Shown here piece by piece: positions 39,002-43,102 of a DNA stretch of 43,102 nucleotides; the stretch's first letter is position 1; each line of letters starts with the position of its first letter. This DNA comes from Thermoleophilia bacterium (GTDB lineage: Bacteria; Actinomycetota; Thermoleophilia; RBG-16-64-13), in contig JBBRDB010000002.1 of assembly GCA_038204345.1 (NCBI GenBank), positions 1 through 43,102 on the forward strand, in the 5' to 3' direction. The notes beneath the pieces were generated by a model. The model did no database searches, was not told the origin of the DNA, and saw nothing but the letters and a program-made list of their open reading frames with translations. Both the position numbers and the translations under genes were made by a program.

Positions 39002-40042
39002 TCACGAACTCCGCAAGACTTCTCTGGCCGCGTCGAGAGCGACTCCGATCCCGGCGGCATCGACATCTTTATGCGTGACGAAACGTACACGCCGAGCGCC
39101 AACCGCCCCCCCACGGACGCCGAGGGTCTCCAGCCGTGCCACCAGACCGGGCCCGTCCAGGCCCGGCGCCGCTACGTCCACGAAGACCATGTTGGTCTGG
39201 ACGGCCTCCAGATCCACCTCCAAGCCGGGGATCTCCGCCAACCCCTCGGCCAGCCGCTGAGCATGTGCATGGTCGTCGGCCAGGCGATCCACCATCGTCT
39301 GGAGAGCCACTATGCCGGCCGCCGCCAGGACGCCCGCCTGGCGGAGTCCACCCCCAAGCAGCTTGCGCGCGCGACGCGCCTCGGAGATCCACTCAGCCCG
39401 ACCGGCCAACATCGAGCCCACCGGAGCGCAGAGACCCTTGGACAAACAGAACATGATCGAATCGACCGGGGCGGCGATGGCGGCGGCAGACACGCCCAAC
39501 GCCGTGGCCGCGTTGAACACGCGGGCGTCGTCAAGGTGAATAGCCAGACCGCCTGCGCGGGCGGTAGCACAGAGATCGGCCATCAACTCCGGCGACGCCA
39601 CAGTGCCTCCGCCGAAGTTGTGCGGGTTCTCGAGACAGAGGAGCCGGGAACGGGGGAAGTGCACGTCTTCCGGCCGGATGGCGGCCTTCACCTGCTCGGA
39701 CCGGAGCATGCCTTTCACGCTCTCCAAGGGCCGAGCTTGGACGCCGGACAGAACGGCCAGACCACCCACTTCGGCGTCGTAGATATGCGAGGACCTGTCG
39801 CAGATCACCTCGTCGCCGCGGCCGGTGTGGGTGAGCACTGCGACGCCGTTGCCCATGGTGCCGCTGGGGACGAAAAGGGCCGCTTCCTTGCCCATCCTCT
39901 CGGCGGCCATCTCCTCCAGCCGGCGAACGGTCGGGTCTTCTCGGTACACGTCGTCTCCGAGCTCGGCCGTCCCCATCGCCCGCAACATCTCGGCGGTGGG
40001 CAGGGTGACGGTGTCGCTGCGCAGATCGACGATGCTCATCAC
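39002..40042 (-). CDS. ltaE: Low-specificity L-threonine aldolase family enzyme
   Basis: DLRSDTVT.P, GDDVYREDPTV, FVPSGTMGN, LENPHN..GG, CLSKGLCAPVGS (PLP Lys), GGGLRQAG, RFVTH. Confidence 0.92.
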   Translation of the reverse strand: MMSIVDLRSDTVTLPTAEMLRAMGTAELGDDVYREDPTVRRLEEMAAERMGKEAALFVPSGTMGNGVAVLTHTGRGDEVICDRSSHIYDAEVGGLAVLSGVQARPLESVKGMLRSEQVKAAIRPEDVHFPRSRLLCLENPHNFGGGTVASPELMADLCATARAGGLAIHLDDARVFNAATALGVSAAAIAAPVDSIMFCLSKGLCAPVGSMLAGRAEWISEARRARKLLGGGLRQAGVLAAAGIVALQTMVDRLADDHAHAQRLAEGLAEIPGLEVDLEAVQTNMVFVDVAAPGLDGPGLVARLETLGVRGGAVGARRVRFVTHKDVDAAGIGVALDAAREVLRSS

Positions 40043-41925
40043 GATCCGGCGTCCTCCGCGGCCGTCGATGCCAGCCCGAGTTCGGCCAACTTGTCAGGAA
40101 GAGGCAGACCGGTGACCAGATCCCAACCCCGAGCCTCGTAGTACTCGTCGAGCATCTGGTCGAGATCCACCACGGAGCCCGCCGACGGGTTATCGGCCGG
40201 GCCTAGGGGCTCTTTCAGGAAGCGACGAGGCAGGGTGTCGTCTGCGCGGGTGATACCTTCCCGGGCGATGAAAAGCCGCTCCAGGTTGACGATGCGCTCG
40301 CCCGCCTGCCGCACCTCCTCGCCCGTCATATCCCACCCGGTGGAGGCGTTCAGCAGGTCGGCGGTCTCCTGCCAGTCGAGCACTTCCATGTTGTTGTAGG
40401 TGTTCTTGCAGACCCCGAGAGAGTCGCAGACGGCGGCCATCTCCTCGAAGTGCTTCACCACCCGGCCCTTGCCTTTGTGCTCGAGGCGGAAGGCCGACTC
40501 GGCCGCACCGTAACGACGGATGCCCTCCTCGGCGTCACCGGAGAACTCGAACCAGGGCTCGGAGCGCAGGTGGTCGGCACCTCGGCTGGCCACGGCGTTC
40601 CCGAGGGCATAGGCCTTGATCGCGCGCGGGTCGGACTGGAACACCTCGAGACCCTTTGCGTGCATGGCTATCTCTTCCGAGCCGCCACCCACCCGCTCGG
40701 CGGCGGCGCGCACCCCGTCGGCGAGCACGTCGCCGAAGCCTTCGCGACGCATGATCTTGTCCATGAGCGCGAAGATCGACTCCTGATTCCCCCAGGAGAG
40801 GTCGAGGCCGTCGGTGTCGGCGGGAGTGAGGATGCCGCGTTGTTGGCATTCCATGGCCCAGGAGATGACCTCAGTGAGCGTGATCGCATCCATACCATAG
40901 CGGTTGGCCAGGTCCACGCACCGAAGGCCGAAAGCCAGGTCGCCGTTGCCGATGCGTGCGGTGAAGCCGGCCAGAGGTTCATACTCCGGTCCCTCGAGCT
41001 TGAGCCCGGGGAAACGAGGATCGTCTATGACCAGGAAGCGGCTGCAGGGGATGGTGCAGGAGAAACACGCCTTACTCTTCATCTTGAAGCGCGCTTCGAT
41101 CGTCTCTCCACTCACCTGGTCGGCATACTCGAAGAGCCCGCTCTGGAAATGTCTGGTGACCATGCCGCCGATGCCGTCCAGGGCTTTCATCAACTTCGTG
41201 GTGCCCAAACGGACACGCACCTCGTACTCGTCATGGGAGTAGATGCGATCGTCGACCATGTCGATGAGTTGCCGGAAGCGGGCCATGTCGAATACAGGCA
41301 CCATGCCGGTGCCCCGTACGGCCACAGCCTTGAGGTTCTTCGAGGCCATGACGGATCCCATGCCGGTTCGGGCGGCCGCGCGCACGAAGTTGGAGAAGAC
41401 CCCGGCAAAACGCACTCCGTTCTCCGCGGCGGGGCCGATCACCGCGGCTTGTACGTCGCGATCGCCCAGTCGGGCGCGGATGGCCTCGGTGGCCTCCGTC
41501 ACGTCCAATCCCCAGATACCGTCGGCATCGCGGATCTCCACGCGGCCGTCGGTGAGACTCAGGAACACGGGCCGCTCCGCGCGACCCTCCACGATGAGCT
41601 GGTCGACGCCCGCGAACTTGAGCTCGGGCCCGAAGAATCCGCCGGCGTTGGAGTCGCCCAGGATACCGGTCTGCGGCGACATGCCGCTCACGTTGAAGCG
41701 GGATCCGCCGGGAAAGAGCGAACCCACCAAGGGGCCCACCCCGAAGATCACCTTGTTCTCGGGAGCGAGCCCGTCGAGGTGGGCGGGCACCTCGTCCCAG
41801 AGGCGCTTCATGTTGAGGCCGCGGCCGCCGAGGAAGGCCCGCGCCTCCGCCGGGTCGGTAGGCTCCCAGCTGACGGAGCCGGTGGTGAGGTCCACCCGCA
41901 CGATGCTGCCGCCGTAACCGTTCAT
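40039..41925 (-). CDS. Aldehyde:ferredoxin oxidoreductase (AOR family, W/Mo-pterin)
   Basis: GY.G.I.RVDLT, LGGRGL, SPQTG..GDSNAGG.FG..LKFAG.D, AARTGMG.VM.SKNLKA, CFSCTIPC, GPEYE, GMDAI, SRGADH, DSLGVC, YY.ARGWD. Confidence 0.96.
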   Translation of the reverse strand: MNGYGGSIVRVDLTTGSVSWEPTDPAEARAFLGGRGLNMKRLWDEVPAHLDGLAPENKVIFGVGPLVGSLFPGGSRFNVSGMSPQTGILGDSNAGGFFGPELKFAGVDQLIVEGRAERPVFLSLTDGRVEIRDADGIWGLDVTEATEAIRARLGDRDVQAAVIGPAAENGVRFAGVFSNFVRAAARTGMGSVMASKNLKAVAVRGTGMVPVFDMARFRQLIDMVDDRIYSHDEYEVRVRLGTTKLMKALDGIGGMVTRHFQSGLFEYADQVSGETIEARFKMKSKACFSCTIPCSRFLVIDDPRFPGLKLEGPEYEPLAGFTARIGNGDLAFGLRCVDLANRYGMDAITLTEVISWAMECQQRGILTPADTDGLDLSWGNQESIFALMDKIMRREGFGDVLADGVRAAAERVGGGSEEIAMHAKGLEVFQSDPRAIKAYALGNAVASRGADHLRSEPWFEFSGDAEEGIRRYGAAESAFRLEHKGKGRVVKHFEEMAAVCDSLGVCKNTYNNMEVLDWQETADLLNASTGWDMTGEEVRQAGERIVNLERLFIAREGITRADDTLPRRFLKEPLGPADNPSAGSVVDLDQMLDEYYEARGWDLVTGLPLPDKLAELGLASTAAEDAGS

Positions 41926-42620
41926 TCCCGACCCCCTCTTGCCGGGCCGCTTGCCGCCGCCGGATCGCCGCCCGCGGTGTCGCACTCCGAGGAGGCTGCC
42001 GGCACGACCCTCGCGGCGCCGGGGCTCCTGCCACGGCCGGGCGGCCGGTTCGCCCGGAAGACCGCGGGCGACACGCCGGACGCGCCCACAGGTTCCCGAT
42101 CGGCAGTCGTCTCAGTGCCGAGCCCTGCTATCGCTCTACGATCGTCGTCGAGTTGACGAAGAGCCAGGTTCTCGCGCCGTTCGCGGGCCGGTTCGTCCGC
42201 GCCGCCCCAACGGATGGCGCCGGGCGCGCAGCGCTTCACACATTCAGGATCCCCGCCGCACAGGTCGCAGATGAGCGGCAGCCCGTCGGAGGGACGCATG
42301 GTCACCATCCCGAACGGGCACCCGTCGGCGCAGGAGCCGCAGGCGATGCACAACTCCTCGTCGAGGCGCATCACACCCAAGACGTCGTCACGCACCAGGG
42401 CGCCGGTAGGACAGGCGGCCGCGCAGCCTGGTCGATGGCACAATCGGCAGACCGACGGAACGTCCAATCCCTCAGTTTCGATTTTCGTCACCTTTATGCG
42501 GGACAGGGCGGAGCCGAACCCACCTTCGTGGCCGGCCACGCAGGCCAGCGTGCAGGCCCGGCACCCACTGCAGATCTCGCTTCGCACCAGGATCCGCGCC
42601 TGGCGTGTGCCCGTGCTCAC
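41922..42620 (-). CDS. 4Fe-4S dicluster electron-transfer subunit associated with AOR
   Basis: CSGCRACTLAC, CRLCHRPGCAAACP, CIACGSCADGCP, CDLCGGDPECVKRC; GTG 42620 after AGGAGG; ATGA overlap with the AOR gene. Confidence 0.93.
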   Translation of the reverse strand: MSTGTRQARILVRSEICSGCRACTLACVAGHEGGFGSALSRIKVTKIETEGLDVPSVCRLCHRPGCAAACPTGALVRDDVLGVMRLDEELCIACGSCADGCPFGMVTMRPSDGLPLICDLCGGDPECVKRCAPGAIRWGGADEPARERRENLALRQLDDDRRAIAGLGTETTADREPVGASGVSPAVFRANRPPGRGRSPGAARVVPAASSECDTAGGDPAAASGPARGGRE

Positions 42621-42668
42621 GTGTGCCCTCCTGATCGTGCCGGCGGCAGTCGTACCGCCCGTAGCTGC

Positions 42669-42718
42669 GTGGTCCAAACATCGGACCACAGAATAGTAGC
42701 CGTATACAGGCGTGTCAA
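42669..42718 (-). promoter_or_regulatory. Promoter TTGACA-17 nt-TATTCT with adjoining operator GTGGTC-N9-GACCAC
   Basis: -35 at 42713-42718, -10 at 42690-42695, palindrome at 42669-42689. Confidence 0.85.
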
Positions 42719-42728
42719 CCTATTCTCC

Positions 42729-43076
42729 ATGAAACCCGGTTTGGCCCGGCTCTTACGCACGACGCCGGGAGGACTCCTGCGCATAGACGCTGAGGCGGTC
42801 AAAGCGGAGGAGAAGCTCGACGGCAAGTATCTCCTGCGTTCAAGCGACCCTACCCTCTCCCCGGAGGACATCGCGCTCGGCTACAAGGAGCTACTCGAGG
42901 TGGAGCGGGGCTGGCGGGACATGAAGCACGTCCTCGATCTGCGGCCCGTCTACCACCGCAAAGAAGACCGCATCCAGGCCCATGTGCTCCTCTGCCGGCT
43001 CGCCCTCTTGCTCATCCGGGTAACAAACCCGCGTTACTTGCCGAGGGCGTCAGCGGGCCCCGAAGCTAGACGATGA
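42729..43076 (+). mobile_element. IS1634-family transposase remnant (C-terminal fragment)
   Basis: EEKLDGKYLLRSSDP.LS.EDIALGYK.LLEVERGWRDMK..LDLRPVYHR.EDRI.AHVLLC is typical of IS1634 C-termini; N-terminal part absent; similarity ends near 43023. Confidence 0.85.
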
Positions 43077-43102
43077 GTCCCGGCTCGTCCAGCAGCATAC
43101 GG

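Noticed and set aside
37586-42156. Long + strand ORFs (435, 405 and 568 aa)
   Set aside because: Antisense to the class V enzyme, aldolase and AOR genes, which carry clear family motifs.
42153-42728. N-terminal part of the 307-aa ORF as a full transposase
   Set aside because: This part is antisense to the 4Fe-4S gene and its promoter; only 42729-43023 resembles IS1634.

Overview
High-GC bacterial chromosomal window, probably an anaerobic actinobacterium such as Thermoleophilia (inferred from gene content, not tested). The left part (1-26.7 kb) is mostly housekeeping: a YtxH-like gene running off the edge, rarA, an HNH nuclease, a type II fatty-acid operon (fabZ-fabH-fabD-fabG-fabF-accD-accA, no acpP), a cyclodeaminase/cyclohydrolase plus a DEDD-exonuclease/GIY-YIG fusion, moeA, an orphan FlgM-like gene, an M28-like membrane pseudopeptidase, pit with DUF47, a GGDEF cyclase, corA, an FAD/Fe-S dehydrogenase with larA and a methyltransferase, and tRNA-Lys(CTT). 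After the tRNA come decayed genes and then a ~14.6 kb minus-strand amino-acid catabolic cluster: 4Fe-4S protein, aldehyde:ferredoxin oxidoreductase, threonine aldolase, class V PLP enzyme, RidA, a Liv-type ABC importer with a LivM-LivG-LivF triple fusion, a FadR/GntR regulator, an aldo-keto reductase, an OCD/mu-crystallin enzyme, a Ser/Thr dehydratase and a small membrane ORF. An IS1634 remnant closes the window. The most notable observations are four. (i) The cluster has two near-consensus promoters, each followed directly by the same GTGGTC-N9-GACCAC operator. (ii) Its enzyme set parallels the beta-hydroxyaspartate cycle and EutBC logic but is coupled to an AOR. (iii) A promoter, structured leader and intrinsic terminator form an attenuator-like element upstream of a 61-aa protein. 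(iv) SD-led short uORFs precede corA (Pro-rich MAPPRPS) and pit. All function calls come from reading motifs by eye; no searches were run.
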